A DNA stretch of 63,976 nt, counting the filler, from Licmophora abbreviata (lineage: Eukaryota), in assembly GCA_900291995.1 (NCBI GenBank). It is 20 parts of 20 records of this genome, joined end to end, with 100 filler letters (N's around TTAATTAATTAA, not from the genome) between each part and the next. Parts side by side here need not be neighbours in the genome. Positions count along the whole stretch, not along the records: positions 18,849 to 22,327 come from OLMU01002324.1; positions 22,428 to 23,558 come from OLMU01002325.1; positions 23,659 to 24,911 come from OLMU01002326.1; positions 25,012 to 29,149 come from OLMU01002327.1; positions 29,250 to 30,679 come from OLMU01002329.1; positions 30,780 to 34,173 come from OLMU01002330.1; 14 more parts are not named here. The stretch is one strand, 5' to 3'. This document shows, in pieces, positions 20,710-31,359 of the stretch. Numbering within the stretch: position 1 is the stretch's first letter; the number at the start of each line of letters is the position of its first letter. The position numbers and the translations under genes were made by a program. The notes below the pieces were generated by a model. The model ran no database searches. It worked only from the letters and a program-made list of their open reading frames with translations, and was not told the origin of the DNA.

Positions 20710-21279
20710 TCAGCCCTCTCTTTGATACATCATGATGGCGACAGGCACCGCAGCCGCAAAGGCACCGGCGGCGAAGACATAGCCCGAAACGGCGGTCTGC
20801 ATCATGCCGGACATCATGTGCCCCGAGGTGCAGCCCCCCGCCAGACGCGCGCCGTAAAGCACGATGAAGCCGCCCAGAAAGGCCATGCCATAGCGTTTCC
20901 AGGGCGTGTCACCGTAATTGGCATACCAGATCGCGGGCAGGCGGCGTTCCTCGCGCCCCACCCCGCCGCGCGCCATCGCCGAGGCGAACGCCCCGAGCGC
21001 CATGGCCAGCACGAAGACGAAGCTGTAATTGAGCGGGGTCATCGCGTTCTTGGCATAGGCGCCGCCGGATTTGGCGAGATAGGCATTGGTCGAGGTAAAG
21101 CCCTCGTCGGTGGCGGTGATGAGACCGGGATTGGCCGCGTCCGCGATGATCGCATCGAGGATCACGAATTGCGTCGAGACGCCGATCGGCTTGACCAGCA
21201 GGACCGCGGCGAAGAACACCAGCCCCAGCAGGACACCGCCGGATTTCCAGTTCAGGACCATGGGAGTTCCTTTCATCAT
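20710..21279 (-). CDS. YeeE/YedE-family sulfur-compound transporter subunit
   Basis: Hydrophobic protein with GARLAGGCTSGH. Start may be 21261. Confidence 0.85.
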   Translation of the reverse strand: MMKGTPMVLNWKSGGVLLGLVFFAAVLLVKPIGVSTQFVILDAIIADAANPGLITATDEGFTSTNAYLAKSGGAYAKNAMTPLNYSFVFVLAMALGAFASAMARGGVGREERRLPAIWYANYGDTPWKRYGMAFLGGFIVLYGARLAGGCTSGHMMSGMMQTAVSGYVFAAGAFAAAVPVAIMMYQREG

Positions 21280-21293
21280 GGCGTGACCGTTAT

Positions 21294-21331
21294 TACATTC
21301 TGTTTTACGAATATATCAGAAACAGAATGTA
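21294..21331. promoter_or_regulatory. Operator upstream of the YeeE pair; SqrR/BigR-like ATTC-N8-GAAT box within a 12-bp inverted repeat
   Basis: TACATTCTGTTT-N14-AAACAGAATGTA perfect inverted repeat; ATTC-TGTTTTAC-GAAT at 21297-21312. Confidence 0.65.
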
Positions 21332-21457
21332 TGCAATGATCCATGTCAATGCCCGCGCATCGGCGTGCATCGGCGCGTAGCGCTGCGGGCCTGCACCGGA
21401 TACGGACCCGGACAAATTGAAGGACGGCGTCAGGTGGGAAGGATCAGCTGGGCAGAA

Positions 21458-22799
21458 TCAATCTGAGATCTGCGCCATGAGACGGGCCTTTTCGCCCGCA
21501 TCATCGGGCCGCGAGATGGCGGCGGCCAGCTCTTCGAGCGTGGCGATGGAATGGCCTGCGCGGAACGAATCCACATGCGGCAGCATCGCGCGAATGCCGC
21601 TGGCGCGCGGCGCGAACCCTTCCCAGCGGAGCAGGGGATTGAGCCAGATCAGCCGCCGGGCGCTCAGATGCAGGCGCTCCATTTCCTTGTCCAGCGCCTC
21701 GGGGGTGCCGCGATCCAGCCCATCGGTAATCACGAGCACCACCGCCCCCTGCCCCATGACCCGGCGCGACCAGTCGCGGTTGAAGGCGTGCAGACAGTCT
21801 CCGATCCGCGTGCCGCCTTCCCAGTCCTGCGCCTCCTGACCCGCTGCCGCCAGCGCCGCATCGACATCGCGGGTGGCCAGATGCCGGGTGATGTTGGTGA
21901 GCCGCGTGCCGAAGGTGAAGGCATGGACCCTCGCCCAGCCTTGGCCCTTTTCATTGGCGACGGCATGGAGAAAATGCAAAACCATGCGGCTATATTGGCT
22001 CATGGAACCTGAAATATCGCAAATCACCACCAGGTTGGGATAGCGCGGACGCGGCTTGAGCCGATGGATGCGGTCCAGCTCGCCGCCCCGGCGCATGGCG
22101 GCGCGCAAGGTGCGGCGCGCGTCGATCCGGGTGCCTTGGGCATGGGCCATGCCCCGCCGCGAGGCCAGCGGTTTGACCGGCAGGCTGAGACGGGCCAGCA
22201 TGCGCTTGGCGGCGGCCACCTCGGCGGTGGACATCTGTTCGAAATCGAGCCTGCGCAGCCGTTCTTCGGCGGACATCGTGGCCGAGGCGTCGATCTCGAT
22301 CACGGTGTCCTCGTCGTCCTCGCTGCCNNNNNNNNNNNNNNNNNNNNNNNNNNNNNNNNNNNNNNNNNNNNTTAATTAATTAANNNNNNNNNNNNNNNNN
22401 NNNNNNNNNNNNNNNNNNNNNNNNNNNCTCGATCCCGTCGAGCAGGGCTTCGGCGGCGCGTTTTTCGGCGGCCTGGGCCGTGCGATCCTCCTGCACGCCG
22501 CGAATGGCCGGCAGCATCATCGCCATCATGTGTTCCATGTAGCGCGGGTCGCGCCAGTAGAGGCGGAAGATCTGCGAGAACACCGCGCGATGTTCGGGCC
22601 GCGTGACGAGGCAGGCGCGCAGGGTGTAGAAGAAATCGGTCTTCGAGGTGAAGCCCGCCGCCTCTACCGCGCGGATCGCGTCGATCACCCGGCCCGTGCC
22701 CACTGGCAGCCCGGCCTTGCGCAGCGCCCGGGTGAAATGGACGATGTTATGGGTCAGCCGGGGATTGTCCGGCAGATCGAGCGCGGGATATTCAGGCAT
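21458..22799 (-). CDS. coxE: vWA-domain CoxE-like protein, interrupted by gap 22328-22427
   Basis: F.RALR.AGLPVGTG, MIDAS DISGSM, GGTRIG, VITDGLD and IWLNPL. Confidence 0.88.
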
Positions 22800-22809
22800 G
22801 ACGCGGATC

Positions 22810-22854
22810 GGGGGCCAGCCCCCGAACCCCCGGGATATTTAGGGCCAGAAGAAA
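22810..22854 (+). repeat. Palindromic intergenic repeat, family A, short form (no internal palindrome)
   Basis: GGGGGCCAGCCCCCGAACCCCCGGGATATTTAGGGCCAGAAGAAA. Confidence 0.85.
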
Positions 22855-22856
22855 CC

Positions 22857-23717
22857 TCATGCGGGACCAAGGCTGGCGCGGGCCTCGTCTAGCAGGCGCT
22901 TGGCTTCGGAGCCCTGGAGTTTCTGGATGTCGTCCTGATATTTCAGGATTGCGCCCAGAGTGTCGGCGATCACCTCGGGGCTGAGCGAGATCACGTCGAG
23001 CGCCAGCAGGCATTTGGCCCAGTCGATGGTTTCGGCAACACCCGGTTTCTTGAACAGATCCTCGGTGCGCAGGCGCTGCACGAAGGCCACCACCTCGCGG
23101 CTGAGGCTGTCGGCGGCTTCCGGCGCGCGGGCCTGAAGGATCTCGATCTCGCGGTCGAAGGACGGGTAGTCGACCCAGTGATAGAGGCAGCGGCGCTTGA
23201 GCGCGTCATGCACTTCGCGGGTGCGGTTGGAGGTCAGGATCACGATCGGCGGGGCGGGTGCCGCGATGGTGCCCAGTTCGGGGATGGTGACCTGAAAATC
23301 CGAAAGCGCCTCGAGCAGGAACGCCTCGAACGGCTCGTCGGTGCGGTCGAGCTCGTCGATCAGAAGCACCGGCGGGCCGCCATCCTGAGGGCGCATGGCC
23401 TGCAGGAGCGGACGTTCGATGAGATAGTCTTCGGTGAAAAGCTCGTCCTTGAGAGCGGTGCGGTCGGCGCCCGCCCCCTCGAACCCCATCGCCTCGGCGG
23501 TGCGGATGGCGATCATCTGTTCGGCGAAGTTCCATTCATAGACCGCACTGGAACTTCGNNNNNNNNNNNNNNNNNNNNNNNNNNNNNNNNNNNNNNNNNN
23601 NNTTAATTAATTAANNNNNNNNNNNNNNNNNNNNNNNNNNNNNNNNNNNNNNNNNNNNACATAGCCCTGACCCGTCAGCATCGCCTGCACCGCGTCGATC
23701 GACTCTGGTTTGTTCAT
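22857..23717 (-). CDS. coxD: MoxR-family AAA+ ATPase CoxD, interrupted by gap 23559-23658
   Basis: N-terminus MNKPESIDAVQAML before the gap; LLIDELDR, FEAFLLE, TSNRTRE.HDALKRRC and KKPGVAETIDW after it. Confidence 0.88.
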
Positions 23718-23914
23718 CTGCGCCTCCGCCCGTCCCATGCTCTTGGTCCATGAAGTGCATGGTGCGCGGCGACACGTCAAGGTGCCGCACTTCCGGAAGG
23801 GTCAAAGACGCGCCACAAAGCCCTTGGAATTTCCAAACTTTCGCCCAGATTGCAGCCTATCCCGACGCCAACAGAGCCGTTGTCAGCGGCCAGCGCCCTT
23901 GAGGATCAGACCCG

Positions 23915-24877
23915 ATGCAGGACAGCCCGAACGCCTTCGACACCGCCTTGACCGGGCTCGAGTGGTCGCCCTGGCTGGAGGCGGCGGAGGACATGGTGGG
24001 CGAGGATGGCTATGTGGAGCGCCTCGGGCAGCGCCATGCGGCGATTTTCCTCGAGCAGAAACCCACCCTGCTGGTCAGTTTCGAGAGCCGCCAATCCTTG
24101 GCGGACCTGTCGCGCAGCGAGCACCCGATGGGTTGGAGCATGGTCCGGGCGCTTGGCTGGTCGCATCTGTGCCTGCTCAGCGATGGCGAGACCTGGTTCC
24201 GGGACCGGACGGTCTATGGCTATTTCGACCGGCTGGTGGATGATGGGTTTTTCGACGAGTTCGAGCAGGTGATCTTTTATGGCGAGGGGGCCTGTGGCTA
24301 TGCGGCGGCGGCGTTTTCGGTGGCCGCCCCCGGCGCCAAGGTGGTGGCGCTGCGCCCGCAGGCCACGCTGGATCCGCGCATTTCGGAATGGGATGACCGC
24401 TATGCCGAGATGCGCCGGGTGGCGTTTGATGACCGCTATGGATATGCGCCCGACATGCTGGATGCCGCCGAGCAGGCCTTTGTGCTCTATGATCCCGAGA
24501 TCGCGCTTGATGCGATGCATGCGGCGCTGTTCACCCGCGCCAATGTCACGCGGTTCCGGGTGCGTTTCCTGGGCTCCAAGTTCGCGCAGGCGCTTTGGGA
24601 GATGGATGTGCTCTTGCGCATTCTAGCGCAGGCGAGTTCCGGCAAGCTGAACCGGCTGAGCCTGGCGCGGCTGTTTCGGGCGCGGCGCGGATATCTGCCC
24701 TATCTCAAGCGGGTGCTGGCGCGGCTCGAGCGCGAGAACCGACTTTACCTGATTGCGCTCTGGAGTCAGGCGGTGATGCGCGAGATACCGGGGCCGAGAT
24801 TCCGCCGCGCGATGCGCAACGCCTTTGCAGCGGCCGAAGCCAAGGGCCTGCCGATGCCGCCGCGCGAGGTCGAGTAA
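23915..24877 (+). CDS. Conserved hypothetical protein, alpha/beta-hydrolase-like fold
   Basis: LLVSFE, TWFRD, IFYGEGACGYAA and PQATL; host-like codon usage. Confidence 0.75.
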   Translation: MQDSPNAFDTALTGLEWSPWLEAAEDMVGEDGYVERLGQRHAAIFLEQKPTLLVSFESRQSLADLSRSEHPMGWSMVRALGWSHLCLLSDGETWFRDRTVYGYFDRLVDDGFFDEFEQVIFYGEGACGYAAAAFSVAAPGAKVVALRPQATLDPRISEWDDRYAEMRRVAFDDRYGYAPDMLDAAEQAFVLYDPEIALDAMHAALFTRANVTRFRVRFLGSKFAQALWEMDVLLRILAQASSGKLNRLSLARLFRARRGYLPYLKRVLARLERENRLYLIALWSQAVMREIPGPRFRRAMRNAFAAAEAKGLPMPPREVE

Positions 24878-25092
24878 TCCCACGAGGCCGGGCGCGACCG
24901 GGTCACGCATTNNNNNNNNNNNNNNNNNNNNNNNNNNNNNNNNNNNNNNNNNNNNTTAATTAATTAANNNNNNNNNNNNNNNNNNNNNNNNNNNNNNNNN
25001 NNNNNNNNNNNTAATCCCACGAGGCCGGGCGCGACCGGGTCACGCATTCGCACTCTGGCGGTGCGCCGCGCGATTGTGTAAAGCCTCGGCTC

Positions 25093-26136
25093 ATGAGCGA
25101 GACCCTGACCCTGACCCGCCCCGATGACTGGCATCTGCATCTGCGCGATGGCGCGATGCTGCGCGCCGTTCTGCCCGAAAGCACCCGGCATTTCGCGCGG
25201 GCCATCGTGATGCCCAATCTGGTGCCGCCGGTGGTGACCTCCGCCGATGCGCGCGCCTATCGCGACCGGATCCTTGCCGCCCTGCCCGAAGGGACGGGTT
25301 TCACGCCGCTCATGACGCTATACCTCACCGAAGAGACCGATCCTGCCGATCTGGTAAGCGCCCATGCCGAAGGGCTGATCACGGCGGTCAAGCTCTACCC
25401 CGCCGGGGCCACCACCAATTCGGCCAGCGGCGTGCGCGATTTCGACAAGGTGCGCGGCGTGCTGGACGCCATGGCCGAGGCCGGCTGCCCGTTGTGTGTG
25501 CATGGCGAGGTGACCGACCCCGAGATCGACATCTTCGACCGCGAGGCGGTGTTTATCGACCGCGTGCTGGATCCGATCCGCCGCGCCACACCCGGTCTGC
25601 GCGTGATCATGGAACATATCACGACGCGCGACGGCGTGGACTATGTCCGCTCGCAGGAGCGCGATCTGGGTGGCACGATCACCACGCATCACCTGATCAT
25701 CAACCGCAACCATATCCTCGTGGGCGGGATCAAGCCGCATTACTATTGCCTGCCGGTGGCCAAGCGCGAAGTGCATCGGCTGGCCCTGCGCGAGGCCGCC
25801 ACATCGGGCGATGCGCGGTTTTTCCTAGGCACCGACAGCGCGCCCCATACCGATGACGCGAAAGAAAGCGCCTGTGGCTGCGCGGGGTGCTTTACCGCCC
25901 CCAACACGATGGCGCTTCTGGCGCATGTCTTCGAGGAGGACGGCGCGCTCGACCGGCTGGAGGGGTTCGCCTCGCGGCACGGGCCGGGCTTTTACGGCCT
26001 GCCGGTCAACGACGACACGATCACGCTGGTGAAATCCGCCACGCCCACGCCGTTTCCTGCACGGATCGAGACGGGCGATGGCCCGGTCACGGTGTTCGAC
26101 CCCGGATTTCCCGTCCATTGGTCGGTCGCCGACTGA
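25093..26136 (+). CDS. pyrC: Dihydroorotase (type II)
   Basis: [22 protein letters not shown] and LGTDSAPH. Confidence 0.96.
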   Translation: MSETLTLTRPDDWHLHLRDGAMLRAVLPESTRHFARAIVMPNLVPPVVTSADARAYRDRILAALPEGTGFTPLMTLYLTEETDPADLVSAHAEGLITAVKLYPAGATTNSASGVRDFDKVRGVLDAMAEAGCPLCVHGEVTDPEIDIFDREAVFIDRVLDPIRRATPGLRVIMEHITTRDGVDYVRSQERDLGGTITTHHLIINRNHILVGGIKPHYYCLPVAKREVHRLALREAATSGDARFFLGTDSAPHTDDAKESACGCAGCFTAPNTMALLAHVFEEDGALDRLEGFASRHGPGFYGLPVNDDTITLVKSATPTPFPARIETGDGPVTVFDPGFPVHWSVAD

Positions 26137-26229
26137 GCCGCGGACCATCGCACAGACACAGCTACAGACACAGGTACAGTCACGGGCACGGCCCCCGACA
26201 CTGACGCAGACAACAGGAGCAGATCCCGC

Positions 26230-26904
26230 ATGATCCCCACCGCCTACCCCCCGCGCGAAGAGATCGCCCGCCTGACCGCCCGCATGCTGCTGGAAATCGG
26301 CGCGGTGCATTTCAACGCCGACGAGCCGTTCACGCTGGCCTCGGGGCTGCCCTCGCCCACCTATATCGATTGCCGCAAGCTGATCTCCTACCCGCGCATC
26401 CGTGCCACGCTGATGGATTTCCTGACCGTCACGGTGATGCGCGATGCGGGGCTCGAGGCGTTCGACAATATCGCTGGCGGCGAGACGGCGGGCATTCCCT
26501 TTGCCGCGCTGGTGGCCGAGCGCATGGCGCTGCCGATGAGCTATGTGCGCAAGAAGCCCAAAGGGTATGGCCGCAACGCGCGGATCGAAGGCGTGATGGG
26601 GGATGGCGACCGGGTGCTTCTGGTCGAGGATCTGACCACAGATGGCGGCTCGAAACTGAGCTTCGTGGATGCGATCCGCGAAACCGGTGCCAGCTGCGGG
26701 CATACGGCGGTGATCTTCTATTACGGGATCTTCCCCGATACCGAAAAGACCCTTGCCGATCATGGCGTGGCGCTGCACCACCTGTGCACATGGTGGGATG
26801 TGCTGGCCGAAGCGCGCGCGCAAGGCGCGTTCGATGCCGCGACCCTGTCGGCGGTCGAGACGTTCCTCGGCGATCCGCGCGCCTGGCAGGAGGCGCGCCG
26901 CTGA
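26230..26904 (+). CDS. pyrE: Orotate phosphoribosyltransferase
   Basis: FTLASG.SP.YIDCR and PRPP-binding [12 protein letters not shown]. Confidence 0.94.
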   Translation: MIPTAYPPREEIARLTARMLLEIGAVHFNADEPFTLASGLPSPTYIDCRKLISYPRIRATLMDFLTVTVMRDAGLEAFDNIAGGETAGIPFAALVAERMALPMSYVRKKPKGYGRNARIEGVMGDGDRVLLVEDLTTDGGSKLSFVDAIRETGASCGHTAVIFYYGIFPDTEKTLADHGVALHHLCTWWDVLAEARAQGAFDAATLSAVETFLGDPRAWQEARR

Positions 26905-27072
26905 GGCGAATCGGCTCGGGTCACGCGACGGCGATGGGCCGCTCTCCGCGCGCCAGGGCGCAAAAAACCGCGATCTGCGTCCTATCTGTCACGCTGGCGC
27001 CGATCCGCCGGCAACGCAACACAATATGTTGACGCCAAGACCCCTGACACGGCAATATGATGCGTCACAAGG

Positions 27073-27105
27073 ATATCCACAAGCTATCCACAGCTTTGTT
27101 CCACG
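27073..27105 (+). promoter_or_regulatory. Tandem DnaA-box-like motifs upstream of dnaB
   Basis: ATATCCACA (27073), CTATCCACA (27084) and TGTTCCACG (27097), compared with consensus TTATCCACA. TTGACG at 27029. Confidence 0.55.
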
Positions 27106-27162
27106 TTGCCGGCACGCCCGCCGCGGGTTTATGACCGTCGGACAGCAAAATCGGGGGAGAGC

Positions 27163-28656
27163 ATGAACGAGGTCACACGGTTCAACGCGACAGGCGCCCG
27201 GATCGACGACGCGGAGACGATGCCGCATTCGATCGAGGCCGAACAGCAATTGCTGGGCGCGCTGCTGACCAATAACGAGGTCTATGACCGCGTCGCCTCG
27301 ATCATCAAGCCACAACATTTCTACGACCCCGTGCATCAGCGCATCTACGAGACTGCGGTTGCGCGGATCTCCAAGGGCAATCTGGCCTCTCCGGTGACGC
27401 TGCGCGCCTTTCTCGAGGATGACGAAGGCCTGAAGGAACTGGGCGGCCCGGCGTATCTCGCGCGCCTTGCGGGCGCCGCGATCAGCGCCTTTGCGGTGCG
27501 CGACTACGCGCAGATGATCCATGACATGGCGGTGCGCCGCGAATTGATCGGTTTGGGCCAGGAAATCGCCGGCAAGGCGGCGCGCGCCGATGTCGAAAGC
27601 GAACCGCGCGACCAGATCGTCGAGGCCGAACAAAAGCTTTACCAGCTGTCCGAACAGGGTCAGACTGAAAGCGGATTTCAAAGCTTTCTCAAGGCAGTAA
27701 CCGACGCTGTTAATGTGGCCAACGCCGCCTATCAGCGCGATGGCGGGCTGGCGGGTATCTCGACCGGGCTGATCGACATGGACCGCAAGCTGGGCGGTCT
27801 GCACAAATCCGACCTGCTGATTCTCGCCGGGCGCCCCTCGATGGGCAAGACGTCGCTGGCCACCAACATCGCCTTCAACATCGCCAAGGCCTACAAGCGC
27901 GGACTGCGGACCGACGGCACCGAAGGCACGATCGAAGGCGGCGTGGTGGGCTTTTACAGCCTCGAGATGAGCGCCGAACAGCTGGCCGCCCGGATCCTCT
28001 CCGAAGCGGCCGAGGTGCCCTCCGAACAGATCCGCCGCGGCGACATGACCGAACAGGAATTCCGCCGCTTCGTCGATGCCGCCAAATCGCTGGAATCCTG
28101 CCCGCTGTATATCGACGACACCGCCGCCCTGCCGATCAGCCAGCTGGCCGCCCGCGCCCGCCGCCTCAAGCGCACCCACGGGCTCGATGTGCTGATGGTG
28201 GACTACCTGCAGCTGGTGCGCCCGGCCTCGGCTAAAGACAGCCGCGTCAACGAGGTGAGCGAGATCACCCAAGGCCTCAAGGCCATCGCCAAGGAACTCG
28301 ACATCCCCGTGATCGCCCTCAGCCAGCTGTCGCGCCAGGTCGAATCGCGCGAGGACAAGCGCCCGCAGCTCAGCGACCTGCGCGAATCCGGCTCGATCGA
28401 ACAGGATGCGGATGTGGTGATGTTCGTCTTCCGCGAGGAATATTACGCCGAACGCGAAAAACCCTCGGATGACCGGCTCGATGAAATCGCCGCCTGGCAA
28501 GAGCGCATGGAAAAGCTGCATGGCAAGGCCGAGGTCATCATCGGCAAGCAGCGCCACGGACCGATCGGCTCGGTCGAGCTCAGCTTCGAGGGACAGTTCA
28601 CCCGCTTCGGCAATCTGGTCAAACCCTGGCAGCAGGGCGGCGAGAGCGAATTCTGA
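27163..28656 (+). CDS. dnaB: Replicative DNA helicase
   Basis: [29 protein letters not shown] and [14 protein letters not shown]. No intein. Confidence 0.97.
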   Translation: MNEVTRFNATGARIDDAETMPHSIEAEQQLLGALLTNNEVYDRVASIIKPQHFYDPVHQRIYETAVARISKGNLASPVTLRAFLEDDEGLKELGGPAYLARLAGAAISAFAVRDYAQMIHDMAVRRELIGLGQEIAGKAARADVESEPRDQIVEAEQKLYQLSEQGQTESGFQSFLKAVTDAVNVANAAYQRDGGLAGISTGLIDMDRKLGGLHKSDLLILAGRPSMGKTSLATNIAFNIAKAYKRGLRTDGTEGTIEGGVVGFYSLEMSAEQLAARILSEAAEVPSEQIRRGDMTEQEFRRFVDAAKSLESCPLYIDDTAALPISQLAARARRLKRTHGLDVLMVDYLQLVRPASAKDSRVNEVSEITQGLKAIAKELDIPVIALSQLSRQVESREDKRPQLSDLRESGSIEQDADVVMFVFREEYYAEREKPSDDRLDEIAAWQERMEKLHGKAEVIIGKQRHGPIGSVELSFEGQFTRFGNLVKPWQQGGESEF

Positions 28657-28668
28657 TCGCCACCGCGC

Positions 28669-28743
28669 TTTCTTCTGGCCTGAAATATCCCGGGGGGCCG
28701 TTGAAATCCCCTATCCGGATTTCAACGGCGGGGGCTGGCCCCC
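28669..28743 (-). repeat. Palindromic intergenic repeat, family A, long form, inverted
   Basis: TTTCTTCTGGCC..AAATATCCCGGGGGG-CCGTTGAAATCC..GGATTTCAACGG-CGGGGGCTGGCCCCC. Confidence 0.9.
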
Positions 28744-28834
28744 TGCCCGTTCTGCCAAGGTCGCGCCGCACCTGCCCGACCCGTGGCCCCTTTGCCACTT
28801 GACCCTGCCCCGTGCTGTGTCAAAACCCCTGAGC

Positions 28835-29149
28835 ATGAGCACAGCACTCCTCACGATTGATCTCGATGCGATCCGCGCCAACTGGCGCGCGCTTGACGCG
28901 CTCGGCACATCGCAGACCGCCGCGGTGGTCAAGGCCGATGCCTATGGGCTGGATGCAAGCCGCGTGGCCCCCGTTCTGGCAGCGGCGGGCGCGCGGAGTT
29001 TCTTCGTGGCCATGGCCGAGGAAGGTGCGGCCCTGCGCAAGGTGCTGGGGCCGGATGTGGCGATCAACGTGTTTTCCGGGCATATGGCGGGCGATGCCGA
29101 GCTGATCGGCGGCGCGGGGCTGATCCCGATGCTCAATTCGGTCGATCAG
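28835..29149 (+). CDS. alr: Alanine racemase (N-terminal part, truncated by gap)
   Basis: [10 protein letters not shown] and PLP lysine motif AVVKADAYG. Confidence 0.9.
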
Positions 29150-29249
29150 NNNNNNNNNNNNNNNNNNNNNNNNNNNNNNNNNNNNNNNNNNNNTTAATTA
29201 ATTAANNNNNNNNNNNNNNNNNNNNNNNNNNNNNNNNNNNNNNNNNNNN

Positions 29250-29903
29250 GAATTCGGCCATGCGCTGGTGCAGATCGGCTGGCTGTCGCTGCCCGTGGTG
29301 GGCATGACGGCACTCTTCACCGGCGGGGCGCTGGCGCTGCAGATCTATGCGGGTGGCGCGCGGTTCAACGCCGAGACGGTGGTGCCCTCGATCGTGGCCA
29401 TCGGCCTCACCCGCGAGCTTGGCCCGGTCTTGGGCGGGCTGATGGTGGCGGCACGCGTGGCCTCGTCCATCGCCGCCGAGATCGGCACGATGAAAGTCAC
29501 CGAACAGATCGATGCGCTCACCACGCTCTCGACCAACCCGATGAAATACCTCACGCTGCCGCGCGTTCTGGCCGCGACGCTGGCGGTGCCGCTGCTGGTG
29601 GGTGTGGGCGATGTGATCGGGATCATGGGCGGGTTTCTGGTGGGCGTGGGGCGGCTCGATTTCGGGGCCGGCACCTATCTGCACAACACGATGGATTTTC
29701 TCGAGACATGGGATGTCGTGTCGGGCATGATCAAGGGCGCTGTCTTTGGCTTCATCGTGGCGTTGATGGGCTGCTATTACGGCATGAATTCTGGCCGCGG
29801 CGCCCAAGGCGTGGGGCGCGCCACCAAGGCGGCGGTGGTCGCCGCCTCGGTGCTGATCCTGGCATCCAACTATATCCTGACGGAGCTGTTCTTTTCCGCA
29901 TGA
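29250..29903 (+). CDS. mlaE: MlaE-family ABC permease (5' end in gap)
   Basis: RELGPVL, AAEIGTMKVTEQIDAL and GAQGVGRAT. Confidence 0.9.
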   Translation, partial: EFGHALVQIGWLSLPVVGMTALFTGGALALQIYAGGARFNAETVVPSIVAIGLTRELGPVLGGLMVAARVASSIAAEIGTMKVTEQIDALTTLSTNPMKYLTLPRVLAATLAVPLLVGVGDVIGIMGGFLVGVGRLDFGAGTYLHNTMDFLETWDVVSGMIKGAVFGFIVALMGCYYGMNSGRGAQGVGRATKAAVVAASVLILASNYILTELFFSA

Positions 29904-30646
29904 TCGAGCTTAGGGACGTTCACAAGGCCTTCGGGTCCAACCAGGTGTTGCGGGGGGTCGACCTGACCATTCCGTCGGGCACGTCCATGGTCATCATCGG
30001 CGGCTCGGGCACCGGCAAATCCGTGGCGCTGAAATGTGTGCTCGGACTGATCCGGCATGACAGCGGGCAGATCCTTCTGGATGGGGAGGACGTGACAAGT
30101 GCGGACCGCGATGCGTTTCTGGCGCGCTTCGGGATGCTGTTTCAGGGCGGTGCGCTGTTCGATTCGCTGCCCGTCTGGCAGAACGTGGCCTTCCGCCTGC
30201 TGCGCGGCTCGCTCAAGCGCCCCAAGGCCGAAGCCCGCGAGATCGCCATCGAGAAACTGCGCCGCGTGGGGCTGACGCCCGAACAGGCCGACAAGTTCCC
30301 GGCCGAGCTGTCGGGGGGCATGCAAAAGCGCGTGGGGCTGGCCCGCGCGATCTGCGCCGAGCCCGAGATCATCTTCTTCGACGAGCCGACAACCGGGCTC
30401 GACCCGATCATGTCGGGCGTCATCAACGACCTCATCCGCGAGATCGTGACAGAGATGGGCGCCACCGCCATGACCATCACCCATGACATGACCTCGGTGC
30501 GCGCCATCGCCGACAATGTGGCGATGCTGCATGACGGGGTGATCAAATGGACCGGCCCGGTATCCGAGATGGACAACAGCGGCGATCCCTATCTCGATCA
30601 GTTCATCCACGGCCGCGCCACCGGCCCGATCGCGGCGGTCCGGTGA
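29900..30646 (+). CDS. mlaF: MlaF-family ABC ATP-binding protein
   Basis: GGSGTGKS, LFQGGALFDS, LSGGMQKRV and DEPTTGLDP. ATG at 29900 overlaps the mlaE stop. Confidence 0.9.
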   Translation: MIELRDVHKAFGSNQVLRGVDLTIPSGTSMVIIGGSGTGKSVALKCVLGLIRHDSGQILLDGEDVTSADRDAFLARFGMLFQGGALFDSLPVWQNVAFRLLRGSLKRPKAEAREIAIEKLRRVGLTPEQADKFPAELSGGMQKRVGLARAICAEPEIIFFDEPTTGLDPIMSGVINDLIREIVTEMGATAMTITHDMTSVRAIADNVAMLHDGVIKWTGPVSEMDNSGDPYLDQFIHGRATGPIAAVR

Positions 30647-30669
30647 GCGCCGAGCCCCGCGCCGGACGC

Positions 30670-31216
30670 ATGCTCAAAGNNNNNNNNNNNNNNNNNNNNN
30701 NNNNNNNNNNNNNNNNNNNNNNNTTAATTAATTAANNNNNNNNNNNNNNNNNNNNNNNNNNNNNNNNNNNNNNNNNNNNCCATCAATCTTGCCCTGCTGA
30801 TAGCCTATCCCGTGGCATGGGCCGCCCTCCTGATGCGCGCGGGGCTGGACCTGCCGCTGTTCGGCCTGTCGGAAATCAGCGTCCTGTCGGGCCTGCGCAG
30901 CCTGTGGCAGACCGATATGGCGCTGGCGGCGGTGGTGACGCTCTTTGCGCTGGTGGCGCCTTACGTCAAGACGGTGGGGCTGGCGCTGATGCATTTCGGG
31001 CGCATGCCGCGCCGGGGGCTGGCGGTGCTGCGCATCATGGGCAAGCTGGCGATGGCGGATATCTTCCTGATCGCGCTCTATATCACCGTGGCCAAGGGCA
31101 TCGGGCTGGCCCGGATCGAGACGGCATGGGGGCTTTATCTGTTTTCAGGCTGTGTCATCGCCTCGCTCATCATCGGCTGGCGGACAGACAGTCAGGGCGT
31201 GACGCGGGTCACCTGA
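30670..31216 (+). CDS. Paraquat-inducible protein A (PqiA)-like membrane protein, interrupted by gap
   Basis: MLK before the gap; then INLALLIAYP...SVLSGL.SLW...APYVK...GKLAMADIFLIAL. Confidence 0.7.
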
Positions 31217-31359
31217 CACGGGCTGTCGCACGGGGGCGCTGCGCAAGCGCAACATCTGCGTCATTCCCACATTTTCTGACGCAGGCTCGCCGGAAAGTTG
31301 ACGACATTCGGCAAAGTCCCGCTTATAGATAAAAGCATGTCTTTCTGGGGGGAAAGGTC

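Noticed and set aside
24875..25048. Direct repeats on both sides of linkers (24875/25012; also ~12927/13047, 46570/46695, 53687/53804)
   Set aside because: Overlapping contig ends left unmerged; not target-site duplications.
27029..27110. Replication origin at the DnaA-box cluster
   Set aside because: Only three imperfect boxes, short intergenic region, no AT-rich unwinding element.
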